Shown one piece after another: positions 17,549-31,200 of a DNA stretch of 64,000 nt. Origin of the DNA: Lingula anatina (lineage: Eukaryota > Animalia > Brachiopoda); contig CM120641.1 in the NCBI GenBank assembly GCA_051362555.1, positions 15,872,001-15,936,000 of the forward strand. Reading direction: 5' to 3'. Numbering within the stretch: position 1 is the first letter of the stretch; each line of letters opens with the position of its first letter. The notes beneath the pieces were generated by a model, which had not been told where the DNA came from, did not search any database, and worked only from the letters and a program-made list of their open reading frames with translations. A program made the translations under genes and the position numbers.

Positions 17549-20500
17549 AATTCCAATACGCAAAATATTACACCAGTTTAATCCCAGCCTCATTGGTTTT
17601 AATGAGTTTGGATATTGATCTGAATATATGAGTCTTATTCCATACATTTATTACATTGAGAGGGGGTTTGTTGGCAAATTGGTGTAGGAAGAAGCGGGTT
17701 CTGAAGCAAATTGCGGGTAGATCATCTTCCCTATATAGAACCTTCACTTAAAAAGAGATTTCTTGGTCATTTATAGATGACTTCAAAGGGTACAAAGAAG
17801 TTCTCAAAGGTCAGAGCTATTCAACTTGCGTTTGGTCTGACTTTTTTGAAAAAGGCATCGTTTTTTTTTTTTTTTTTTTTTCTATCAGCGACAAAGATGA
17901 ATGAGTTTTTACTCTAATTTTTGAATAACGATGACTTCTGTTGCACTGACGATTGAGATCTAGGGAAGAGTTGGGACATATTTTCGTCCGAGGGGGAAAT
18001 ATGATTTCCAAATTCATTAATAAGTGTTCATAATTGCTGAATAATCGTTCAAGGCTTAGAGCGAGCACTGCCTTGCACCACTGCTGTAGTAAATATGACT
18101 GCTAATTTTGCACCCCCTCCCTCTTTGGATATGGAAAGAAAAGAACACAACCTTAGGTAGGCCAGGTGCATTCACACAGTTTAGTCGTACACTGCGCTTT
18201 TTACCTATCATTGTAACATTGTGGATTGGCATGGCTTCAACACCAAGTCTGATTTTTAACTGTGAGACAAATTTTGTTTTCCCACTGTAAGGCCATTTAT
18301 TCCCGACTACTGTTACTTTATTTTCACAACCCTATCTGGTCGGGTTGTTGGAGTGTGCGTACAATGGCGTTCATGATTACCACCGAGGCCAATTAAATAA
18401 AGGACCGGTCTTAACTTTTAAACCGAAAATTTCCTCCTCTTTGAGACAAAATAAACCGGGAGTAATCCAATTAAATGAATACTGCAAATGTTTTATAACA
18501 AGACAGACATGTTTTATGTCTCTGATTATAATAGACCAAGCCGTCACATTCATATGGAATAAAAATAACAAAGTACATGTGATATTTGTCTGTAGCTGTA
18601 GGGTGCAAATATCAGCATGCCAACGGAGGAAAAAGATACTTAAAAACTATAATCAAATAATGCATTAAGTACAATGACGTTCATTAAAAATACTTTTAAA
18701 AATAAAATCTGATACCGAGAAGGCTTAAATATCCTTGTGATGACGTGTCGGTGATGGGTGCAGCATACTCCCTCCATTGTAAGGCTAACAATAATTGTAC
18801 TTAACAAGTGCCATCATTTGTTCATCGTTTCTACAGTTCACCAGTGCAAGGGGGTAAAGGACCATGGTGACTAATTTGTATAACTATCAGCATTTCAGTG
18901 ACAAATTCTGGAGTCTGAATTGGGAAATATTACAAGTTTCACTCGACATACCTATGACTGTGGGGGATTTTCAAACGCGTTGGGAGAACCTCTAGCAATT
19001 CATTTTGGCGGGGAAATCACATGGAGAGATTCTAAAAGCAGGTGCACGATCTATCATCCACAGATTAGGTCGTAAACTACATCACGGTGACGTAACAAAC
19101 ATCGTAATTTTCAAGCTAACTAGAGACTGTTACACCAAGACTTTAATGGTGTAGCATATGAAGTTTTTTTACTTGTTTTTTTTCTTTTAACAGTTCGCTG
19201 AAGTAACAATTTTACCTTCACTATCTATGCCCAGCTAAGTCACTGAGTGCGAGTGATACAGATGTTACTGACAGATAAGGTAGACGTTCGATTTCTCAAC
19301 ATCTCTCTTCAAAAGAAAATGATTCAATTAACATCTTTCCAAATATTTTTTTCTGTATTGTTTCATGGAAAAAACGCAGTGCAAATAGGATTACGAATGT
19401 TTTGATTAGTTGTGGAGAAACAAACTTAATTTACGAGATATTAAAGAATCCATGATACAAGAGACACGCTTCAAAATATTACAGGGTGTAACACAAAATA
19501 AGACCACTCAAGAGAATAAAAACATATCATAAATAAAAATCACGTAAAATTAAGGCACTTGTCATTTCTGAAGACTGAATATTTTTTCCTTAGATTCCGT
19601 GCAGCTAAGACTTGAAAAATATTTTAAGGGAAGACCTAAGGGATAGTGCCCTTCTCTTTCCGGCAATGAGAAAGATTCACGTAAAGAAAAAGAATCTGAT
19701 GCAGAGTGATTGAAGATCATAAATGCAGTAAAACAGCAAGCATTTGGGGGAACACCAAATAGTCTGCTGTGCTGAAAAGAGTAAAATTAAACCTTGCTAT
19801 TTACGTGAATTCTCTCCACGTGCTTGATAGATGTTTGTAAGATTTCATCGACATTGCGCCCTGCGTGATCCTATTACTACAGCCATCTTCAATCATGGAT
19901 AACGACTAATTACATTATTGGTGATAATATCAATGCAAAACGACAGAGAGTTTTTTTCTCTCACCAAACAACGTAGGCTAAATATATTTGTTTTCGCTTC
20001 ACTGAGAAATGTACAGACCTCAGCCACTGATCATACACATAAAGTAATGGACTAAAACTTGATCATTTTGCCCTTCGTTTGCCACAAGTATCCGTGCACG
20101 TGTCACGGCAATAGTTTAAATGTCAAGATGAATAAATTCATTTTATTCATTCTACCCCGCACCCCCCCCCCCCCCCCCCCACTTCTCCAGTTGTGTCTTC
20201 TTGTAGGGCCCACCAAACACTAGCTTTGTGCAACCGTTACAGTTAATGGTGCCGTTTTAAAAACCAATAATTCAATGGCTTAGTACTGCTAGTAAACTGC
20301 TATTATGATTGTTGAATTGACTTGTTTATACCTGCACCCACTGTCTTTTCTCCGTCGTTAATTTTTTCAAGAAAAAACATATCTATTAAATTGAACTTCA
20401 TATTGATATTTGTAAATCTATTGATTTCGGTTCTTCGACATTTTATATCAGATGATTTAAACAATGCTCACAAAATAAAAAAAAATTATAGGAACGCCAC

Positions 20501-21887
20501 TACATCTAGCATTTACATTGCTTTTATGTTTTCCAATAAGATTGTTTTAAAGGCAAATCTATTCAAAGCATTTATTTTTAATTTAGCACATCCGTTCTGC
20601 AACCAGTGCTAGAAAATGCCTAATATACTTCCCATTTGCTATTTCTGTTACATTGTCGTCTTAATGTTTCCGTAAATGAAAGCACAATTACGGTGTTATA
20701 CAACTCGTGCAGAGAGAACAGAGAGAACTTGCATGTCATTCAGCCCGTAGACAACTGGGGTAATTAAATCGAAGACTAGTGGAAATTCGAACTATTTATA
20801 GCAAGTTATGTTTTAAGGATATTATCAAACTTCGCCCAAAACTCCTTATTCACTTATATACATTCTTTTGGGTAATAGATATATGTTCAGTGTTCAGTTA
20901 CTAATTCAATTAACATTTACATATCTGCACGTCCACGGTACTAGGAAACAACATTGAGACATGGGGTACATGGCGCCGATCTTGTGAACACGTTTTCCGC
21001 TTAGAATATGCATCGCATTTTGCCTAATATTCATAAAGTTTGGAAAATGTAACATAAAACACAAAAAAAATATCAGGGAAGAGTACAATTAACTTCACTG
21101 AGTTGGGAAAGCTCGCTGAATCAGCAGTTAAACAGCGATGACATGAAGTCGTTTTTTTGTGAGTTACACGCCAAAAAGTGGGTACCGGATATAGCTAATG
21201 TAATCAGTCTCATTTAATATCCGTGTGATCATGTCATTACGTCATCAGTGGAAATCTCCACTCTTTACGCTAAGTCCCTGGTCCGAATCTGAATGGGAAA
21301 CGAAACTACACGCTAGCTGTGGTTTCGTTGTCGTGCGATTATGGAGGAAACGAAACAGGATTGGGTTATAACATCTGTGAATACACGCTCAGATGACAGA
21401 ATTTCCTTACACATTGTTGTTTTATGAAAAGCTGACTGTATTCCAGATATTTAAATCCCGAAATTGAACGGTTTGTATAGTTCACGTGTATGGGAGATTT
21501 GTACTGAAGTTGAAAACGGACACGATAATAACGCACAAGAACCTGTTTTGTTCACCCATCAAAATTTGCGACGAAGAGCAATTTTTGTTTTCCCTAGTGT
21601 GTGTGCTGTAAATGATCCCTGATATGACAAAAAATGACAAAACTTTTCTGAGAGTTTTCTTTTCCACAATGTCTGTGTCACAGATTTAAGCGCTGTTTTA
21701 GTGACATTTTCGGCTAATAATTAAAAGTTTAAAATACACAGCAAAATTTGGAAACACAAAATTGTTTGTGATAATAAGACAAATCCATCCCCTTTCACAT
21801 AATAGCACCCCACTGTAATCCAACACAGGAATATTTTGAAAGACTTTCAAACATTATAACCTATTCATGTTACCCAGTAGCATGGAC

Positions 21888-21891
<4 letters not shown>

Positions 21892-21932
<41 letters not shown>
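21892..21932. repeat. (TA)n microsatellite
   Basis: About 20 TA units seen directly. Confidence 0.95.
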
Positions 21933-21935
<3 letters not shown>

Positions 21936-23546
21936 TATGTCATATACAGTATGTCATCTTACGGGTGACGTCATAATTGCGATTTGGGGGTAAAAACTGA
22001 AAAATCGGTTTCAAATTTCTCTTTTAACTGAGCACCCACGATCGCCGCCTCAACGACGATTCAATGATCCAGCGATTTCTCTTAAAAGTCTTAGTTCATA
22101 TTTTATCGTTGATAAAGCAAAATAATGCCTTTGTTTAATGAAAATCTGTAATTAGGGGCTCGCAACTCCATAACATAAACATTTAAACCAAAATGTCGGC
22201 ACGGAATTGTAGCCCATACACTCATGGTTAACTCTTGACTGATTTTAGCGACAACGCTATCACTCCGCTCGGGTTATTTAAAGTGTCTGCTATAATGCAA
22301 TGGGCATTTACCAATTCGTTGCGTAATTTATCTGTATCAACGCAAATAGTCCAAAGGCTTGCTGTGGTTCGCCCTCCTGATTCAACGTGGTATTAGAAGA
22401 AAGAGCAAAACGAGATACATGTATAACTTTACTTTAAATAATTCCGATAGACAGAGAGATCGTTCTCTGAACACAATGATATCGCTGAAGTCCAATATGT
22501 AGCAGGAAGTTCCGGTAGGCCTACTATGCCGAAGGCAAAGAGTGGTAAATAATTCCGAGTTGAAGCCTAAATTTGATATGAGTGTAATATTGAAACTAAC
22601 CAGCTTTTACAAGGCATTCAGGAATGTGAAGTACATTAGTTGAAATCACGCATGGATTCAGTGATTGGCCAGTTACGGTCCATTCCGTTCTAAAAGCCGC
22701 TTGTACCTGTCACATTGTTTCCTCCCTCTTGGGACTTCAAAGATGGCAGGTGCAGTGCATTTCTTGATTAAACTAGCAGTAAGGTGCAACGAAATTTAGA
22801 CGGATTGTTGGCTTGAAATGCAAAACATTGATGTACAGGCAGTGGTAATTATCAATCCATCATACATGCTACTGGCAAGAAAAACTAAGCGATCTTTTAT
22901 CACTTGTACAGGCTTATATAGGCTAAAAGCCAAGTTTCTAGCGTTGGTTTAATAATCTTAATAAGCTGCCTTAAATTCCCTTTGAATGTGCATTGCAGCG
23001 TCGTTAGCACAATTGTGCGTTCATCAAATGAATTTATTTAAGTACGTTGTGATGGTCCTTTCAAGATTTCATTCGATAGATCGTTGCCATCTAAACATCT
23101 TTTTTTAATAAGGTGTGAACTTTGATCTCTGACAGAGGTTAAAAGGCCAGTTACGGCGACCATGAATGCTTTTCGTTCAGTGGTAGGGCAGAACAGGCAA
23201 GCGAGGCTGCTGCAACCAGAACTTTGTAGCTGTTAGTGAATTGAACTCGCCCCGATATTCCGCGATGCTTGTTTCACGGGAAATTTCAATCTGTCAGAGT
23301 GACGTACATAACTATTCGTCACTCACGCCAGTCCAAGAGCAATAGCGACGCCTTCTCATACGTCTCGGAATCCGTCACCATTTTACGCATTTTTGTCATA
23401 CTGTGTGGGAAGGAGCTTCAGTATAGCCTTCACTTCAGAATAATTCTAGGACTCTTGGACTATCATTTTTTTTCATTTATTGGAAGCATTCTAAAGCATT
23501 TTACCTTTAAAAAGAAATTACTGATAACGCAGAACAGATAGAAAGA

Positions 23547-24812
23547 ATGATGCTGGCAACGCGACTCAATGAGACAGTGCAAAATCTATCATGTGTTGAT
23601 ACTATTTATTTCGTACAGAACGGGTCTATCACTTTTTCTCAAGCTATGGAATTAACAAACATAGAAAAATGTATCAATCATTTTGGCGACCACCCAATGT
23701 GGCTGCAAATAGCCGTGGTGGTATCATGTCTCATAATGGTTACGGTGGCATTCCTTGGAAACACGGTTGTTATATGGTTGATTTTGACATATCGTATCAT
23801 GAGGACAGTCACCAACTACTTCTTGCTCAATCTTGCAGTGGCTGATGCTATGGCAACTGTATTTAACACCATGTTTAATTCTATCTATTTTTTCTACGGG
23901 AATCATTGGAGGTTTGGCAATGGATATTGTACCTTTACACTGTTCGTCGCCCACTGTACCGTGTCCGTGCATGTGTTAACCTTTGTGGCTATTGCCGTCG
24001 ACAGGTAAGCGTAGCTTTTAGTTTAGTTAATGTGTATTCATCTTTAAATTTTATTTTTTTTGCATATATTTTATTTTTTTCGTTGGCCCATCTTTCCTGC
24101 TTTCTTTTTCGTTGGTGGTTACTTGCTTTAAAAACTATTAGTTCAGTTTCCTCATGTCTAACGTAACGAACAAGTCCACATGCTTCATATTGATCTTTAG
24201 AGACCCATCGCCAATTACAGCGGATGATACATTCCCATACATGAAAACAAATAATCTCATTAGCGGTGGCCGTATGTCAGTAACGAACACGAGCATCGCA
24301 GAACGCGGTTCTAAATGCGTTTAATTTCCGTACCTGAATGGATAAATTTCTCTCTTCTTAAGAGGGTGATTTGCACGCTAACATGTGCAGTCAAGTTTTT
24401 AATATGTCAGTGCACTAAGACCTTAAACATTTCGGACAATGCACATACCCTATTTCCAACTACCATTGGATCCCTGCATTGGTCCAGATACAAGATAAAA
24501 GATAATGCGGTTTTTTGTTCTTGTCTATACCTGGAAGTTTCATTCCAGCTGAAGGGTAATCATGCCCATATCACCCCCCACTGGCTTTGACAGTCTTGAA
24601 AGCGAGAAAAGGATAAGTAGACGATTTTGCCCTTTTTAAACAAGTGGGGCTAAGGATGTATGTCTACTTCATGTAGAAACACTTCACACATAGCAATGGG
24701 GGAGGGGGCTAGGTTACAAAAATGATTTAATACAATACTTACTGTCAATGGATGATGCCGGTTTTCACAACTTGGCTGCATTATAATGATACGAAAATTC
24801 TAAGCAAATCTC

Positions 24813-24861
<49 letters not shown>

Positions 24862-25194
24862 TTGGTTGTTGTGGAATGAAGAGGCACGTTACGGATGGCA
24901 TAAGCTTTGAACATTGTGGTAAGTAATCTGAGTACTGATTATGTATAGACTGTGTTTGTTCACAATCAGACACCTGTACACACACGCGATTATTCACTTA
25001 CACCTAGGAACCAACAGATTAACTTTGTCTGATTGACCTTAGTTTGAACTTAAGACAAGAGAGACTACATGTATTTAAGCGTCAGGTATAGCTAGTTTTG
25101 TGATTGATAGAAATTGTATACCTTTAAAGGTAAGAAGTCTAATTTAAAGATTGAGTTTGGATAAAACAAAACATTGTATTAGTAAAATTCGTGA

Positions 25195-25228
<34 letters not shown>

Positions 25229-28200
25229 TTTATTAAGGTAGATCATTTTTATCAGGCAAAGAGGGTGAACAGTGACTATATATTTTGTTTGGACAAAGGA
25301 AAAAAGTTCAAAACTTGCGGAAGTGTGCTAAGAAAAATTTTGGTGATTGGAAAAGTTGACATTGGACAATAAAAAACGTTTACTTCTTGTGGGGTTTTCA
25401 AAAGCATACACTCAAAAAGGATGTCCCACCTTTATTTCCATGTGTTTTTATTTTCAAATGATCACCTCACGGGTGAAATTGTTATTAACAGTGATTTTTA
25501 TTCCAGATGCCATATCTAACATGGCTTATAGTACAAAAATAACGGTGAAGATATCAATATATTATACCACTTATTTCAAGTTAAAACATGTATCCACTTA
25601 AATTCAATGTTTCTCTTATATTTCCATAGAGGTAAAAAGATGTCCATCAAAGTGAAAAGACACCACCAAATGTCACCAAATTTACACACAATTAGCATTA
25701 GAATGTGTCCGTCAAAGGTCACGTATTTAATAGCTAGCGAGTGTGTCTATCGCGTACTGCAATTATCTCCTGTAGGCGAAGCAACATGGTAACGATTCTG
25801 TGTCAATTATAATAATCTGGAGTGGGATTTAGCATCAATTGTCACAATCTGCACGTTGAAACAGGTCAAAGTCAAACCAACGCCAGTTGAAAAAAGAAAA
25901 TGACAAAATTGCCAAACCGGAGTTAAATGGGATGGAGAGTACTTTATAATTACTTGCTCATTGTACATGGCACACAGAGAGGAACTCTTCCAAGTGGCAC
26001 AAAATGGAACCTCGCTTTACATATCTAAACAACAACGACAAATCCACAGTCCTTATGAACAACTCAAACGAGACAGTGATAATATCTTTGGCTAAATAAC
26101 TAAACCTCTCTTTTGAGAAAGTAAACTGTGCTTCATCTTCCACTCAGTAGCGTTCGTTGATAATTGCACTCACTGTTAAGGTTTATTCCAATATACTAGA
26201 AAGTAATTGTTTAGATATGTAGAACTGGTAGTCAAGAACGTAGTGGTATTATTATATATCCCTGCACATTTTCACCATCTCAGTGTAGTGTAAATAATAT
26301 GAATAAAGATTACATTGCTTGATATGATAATGTTCTTTCTCGATGCATGCTTAGAGATTTCACAAATATATTTCTGATGAAGATAAGACAACTCTCAAAT
26401 TTCAAGCGACACGATGGAAACTAATGTCGCCTTGGGATAACAGTAGGAGTATTTATTCATAATACCAGCCGTAGAGGCATTTTCCGTCAAGAGGTCATTG
26501 TGAGATTATCTGCGAAGGCCCACTGTTTTTTCTGTTTAGATTGGTTTTAAGTATGAAAAAGACAAGATCAGGATCAAAATAAGGCAGGTTTTGTGATGCA
26601 CTTAATGCACTGGAGTATATATTTGCGACAGATGTCAAATTATTCTGTCGAATTTGAAAATTGATCGAGAAAACGCCTAGGTCAATTTGCCTTGAATGCC
26701 CGTACGGTCCCCATATACTGCTCGTATTACCTTTTTTTGTGCGGCGTCCGTGTGGAGACAGGCAATGACCGTACGAAATCGTACGGATTCATAGTCTCCA
26801 GTAGCCTCTACGAATTTGTTAAGTTGAAACTTTTGAACAATTTCTAAAATTCTAAGTCCTTACGTCGTAGAAATATCGTTGATTGCATTGCGCAGTTCCC
26901 GCACGGGCATTGTTGGTGGAGTTGCCGTGTTTGTGATGGTTCAACCTATGGTTGGTCTTTTTTCCTCCCCCTTGTTGGTTTTAGGAAGCATAATAATTGC
27001 AAAGATTTTTGAAACTTAAACCTAGATAACGTTACATTTGCCATACGATGTCCGGTAGTTGGTTATATATTGCCCGTAGTCCTAGTTCGTGCGGACTCTA
27101 AGCGGAGGCAGACATTGATAGTGCGACATCGTACGAAATCGTACGGATTCACGGCTTCCGTATCCTCTACGATTTTGTATAGCTAAAACTTTTGACAAAG
27201 TTTTAAAAATCGTAAGCCCGTAGCAATATCGTAGATGACATTGGCAAGACCCGCACGGGCATTGTTCGGTGGACTTGCGGTGATCGTTATGATAATGGTG
27301 TAACCTGTTGTTGTTTTATTTCCCTTTAACCTTTGTTAGTTTTAGGAGGCAAAACAATAGCGAAGATGTTGAAAAATTTTTTTGTAATGCATGCATGGGT
27401 TTGAATTTGTGTGTTAGCTCATTTTGATCATTTTGGCGCTAAAATCGTATCGATTCTCGAGGAAGCCGCACGGAAGGCGTAGGCCTACGGCAACTATACT
27501 GAAACTAAAAGGGCTCCCATAATCACCTTTCAACCGACAAACCGATTTTTAGTCTTTAAAGTGTCCTTCGATATCGTTTCAACCTATTTCCGAACTGCAG
27601 GAGCCTAGCAATTAAACCTCGAAGCAGAGATTTAATCCCTTTAAAGGCGCGTGTGAAGTCGGGGAGACCATCAGGAATCAGCGGCATCACTTTTGAACTG
27701 TGGTCGGCCATATTAAGTCGGCGGATCAGTAAGTACTCGGATCATCCATTCTGAATAGGGCCAATGACATTGCATACGTAGCTGAGTTCATGGCGATTAC
27801 TTTAAAACCGGTTTTGTTACTCTAATTCATTCTCAGTTGGCTCTACAAGGCCAAAAGTGTCAAACTGCTCCAACTAGCCCCCGTCTCCCCTATAGACAGT
27901 CTCATCAAATAGTATTTCTTTTTTATTCTTAAGTTAGAATAATGCTGACATTCATAATAAAAATCATAATTATCCTCAACTCCAGTGCTACAGTAACATA
28001 TTTTCTCATTATTTTCTCTCACCCATGGCGTTCACGCCGGACAGGCCCTGTGACATTAACCTATTCAAAGTCAGATAAGCACTGGAATAAAAACATGAAC
28101 TGTACAAAAACGGTCAAGGTCACAAGAGGTTGCGTCAAATTGAGTGCCTCTTTTGGCTGGTGATACGGTCATCTTACCGCATTGACAGGAATTAGGCCCA

Positions 28201-31200
28201 GCCTAAGCGTTCATATCACAGTATAAGGCATAGTTTAATACTTAAAGGGGACATTCAGAATAGAAGATCCAAGTATCAATTGGTCCAAGGCTCAAATATG
28301 GCGGACCCTGCACGAAAGGAAGACCGCTTAATCCTGTAATGGTCTCTCTGCCTCTCACACGCCTCCCCAGGCGTCGTCCCTGAAGGGGCACAGTAATTAA
28401 ATCTCGGCTCCATTCGACCAAACGCGTGGGGAGGCGTGTGGGAGGCGGAGAGACCATTATAGGATTAAGCCGTCTTCCTTTCATGTAGGGTCCGCCATAT
28501 TTAAGCCTTGGACCAGTTGATACTCGGAGTGCATCAATTCTTTTTACGCCAGCTAGCGTCTAGAGCAACCAAAAAAATCTTCCACTGCTCTTTGTCACGG
28601 GATAGTTTTTGGATAGTTTCCCAGCTCTTTCCCAGTTGTTTCAACTCTGCCTCAACTGCCCTCCTTTTTTGTCTTTGGTCTGCCATTTTTTCTGCGTCTC
28701 TATGATGTCCAGTGCATAGCTACTTTTGTGTTGGAACTTATGTCACTGGTGATGCCAAATGGTTCTTCGTCAACACCGTGGCGTACAGGGATATTCTACA
28801 AAAGCATCTGATTCCAATGACATGTGCAATATTCCAGGACAACTTTCGCTTAAAGCATGACAACCCTCCCCCCCCCCACCCCCACCCCTCATACTTCCCG
28901 CTTGGTAAGGTATTTTAAAAACCAAAAAATAATTCTGCTCATGGGCCACGCGGCGATACCCTAGGTTCTTGATTTCAGTTTTGCCAGCTCGATCGATTTC
29001 ATGTATATCAGCAAAACTGATAAAGCTGGTAAAGCTATTCCATGAAAAGTTATGAATAGTTAGCAAGCTAGCTTTCCAGTGCCCTGACACTCAGGGCACT
29101 CGGCGAAAGCCCTATATGTACTTCTATGGGACACACTGGGGACAGAAGTATACAGGAGAAACACGCCCAACAAATATACCACAGGAGAGACAAGCTTTGA
29201 TAGTTGGCACTGGTGAACACCATGCCCCCCCGCGTAGTGGGCCTTTATGGCACAATTGGGGGACACACTTGCTGCTGCTATACATAACTGTATACTAGTC
29301 TTACCAAAGAAATCTTTGTGAAATTTTGAAATCGATTGTAAATTTCCATGGAGAATTATAAGCGTTTTTGTTTTAAAAAAGCTTATATTGAAAAACCCAT
29401 TAAATCCACAGGAAGTGTGCAATAAAATCGTGTTTGTTCTTTCAAGATTTTGGTTGTCTAGCGATTAAACATTTTGTACCGTTATGATAAAACTGTGCAG
29501 TAGGAAAAATTTGGTGTTTGTGACAAGATTAAACAATGAATATATGAGGCGTGACAACCATTTTGAGAATTGTGTATATTATCTGTAAAGATGAATCTTT
29601 GAATTAATAAGAAATCCAATATATGATATTACAAGTTATATCTAATCAAAACACATTGTAGGGTTCGATTTTATGTTCACAGATCGAGAAGAAGTGAGCA
29701 ACAAGAGTCTTGGATTTTCAAACAGCTTTATTCCCACTGCCTAAGTTCCCTCTCATCTACCCACCACCTGTCCTATCTATATCTCGCTCTACTTTCATGT
29801 CTAATTGCAATATAACCTTATAATATTACTTTGAGATTTTATCTTTCTAGTCTAAGCGCGCGACATCCAAGTATAGGGGGCGTGGGACATGCTAAGGGGC
29901 GAGTCTAGGCGCGCGACCTTGGGAAAATGAACAGTTTTTCCTAAAACTTATACAAATGAAACATTGATAACTTTCCCTGCTGCACCTTTTTAAAAACATT
30001 CCTTTGCTAATCATTTCAATAAATCTAAATATTTTCCCTTTAAATATTTATACAATAATCTTTCAAATATATTATCATCAGAAATAACACAAGCCATACA
30101 AACAAACTGGCAGCTCACCTGTAAACTTGACCAAGTAACGTGCTCATTATGCTTCTAACAATGCAAAGACCCAATTGGGATCTGGCCTAGTCCAATTATT
30201 AACTGGACTAGACTGGGATCTGGCCTGTGACATATATTTTCTGTATCTGGGGTTTTATGCATCAAGACAACCAAATTTCGAAATTGTGACTTATAAATTA
30301 ATCATAGAAGAAAAAGGGACGTTTTTGAAAAATTTATTGTCATGTCCGATAGACATATTGTTCAAGATATACACTACAAAAGGAGGGTCTAAAACACAAA
30401 TAATAATTACGGAAGACGTATGAAATTGTATTTTCTTTCAAGTGCTGTCATCAACTTTTACCAACTGGGCACGTGGGCATTCATTTTTTGTATAAATTTG
30501 ACAGTGATGATGTTTGGTGTGTTGCATGTGTAGTCGAGTTATTGTGCTTTGACATATATACACATGCATACACAGAGAGATGGAGAGGGAGGTTGTTACA
30601 CTTCTACTATCTGGCTTGAAACCTTAGGCCGCATTCAGAACAGCGGACTTACTAGTCCGCGGGTCAAATATGGCGACCCACTAAAAAGCTTGCTGTCTAA
30701 TCCGCTAATAGACACTGAATAGATTCCCCGTGGGGAAGTATTCAAGTGGACCGGCCATATTTGACCCTCGGACTGTTTAGTTCACTGTTCTGAATGCAGC
30801 CTTACAGTTCATTCAACCCTAGTCCTCTCTTAGTCGTGCTAAGTGGAACAGATGAAAATTTATATCCACTGAGCTACCGTATAAGGCACGCAATTTGATC
30901 TTTACGCATAGATCTGTAGATGAAAGAGACCGGAACTCGGTCGAATGGCTGGCGTTGAGTCCGGTGAAGAAAGCGGATATAATTTAATTAGAAAAATTAT
31001 AACCAAATCCGTGGCTTAGATGAGGTGTGGCAACCATTTTGAGCAACAATGAATACATGTTTTAGCTGTAAAAATGAATCTTTGAATTAATAAGAAATCC
31101 AATTTACAATATGAAAGGTTTTATCTAAACACATTTTATATGATATGTTTTATTCTATAACATTGCTTCTTACCGCAAAAAGTTCCTCGACATACAATCT

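Noticed and set aside
19194-19279. Possible non-coding upstream exon of the GPCR (long polypyrimidine acceptor, AAG|GTAGAC donor)
   Set aside because: Plausible but supported only by splice-site appearance; needs transcript evidence.
30915-30965. Hammerhead-ribozyme-like ATGAAAGA-GACCG-loop-CGGTC-GAA in both copies of the duplication
   Set aside because: The core is not CUGANGA and no stem I or stem III pairing could be found.
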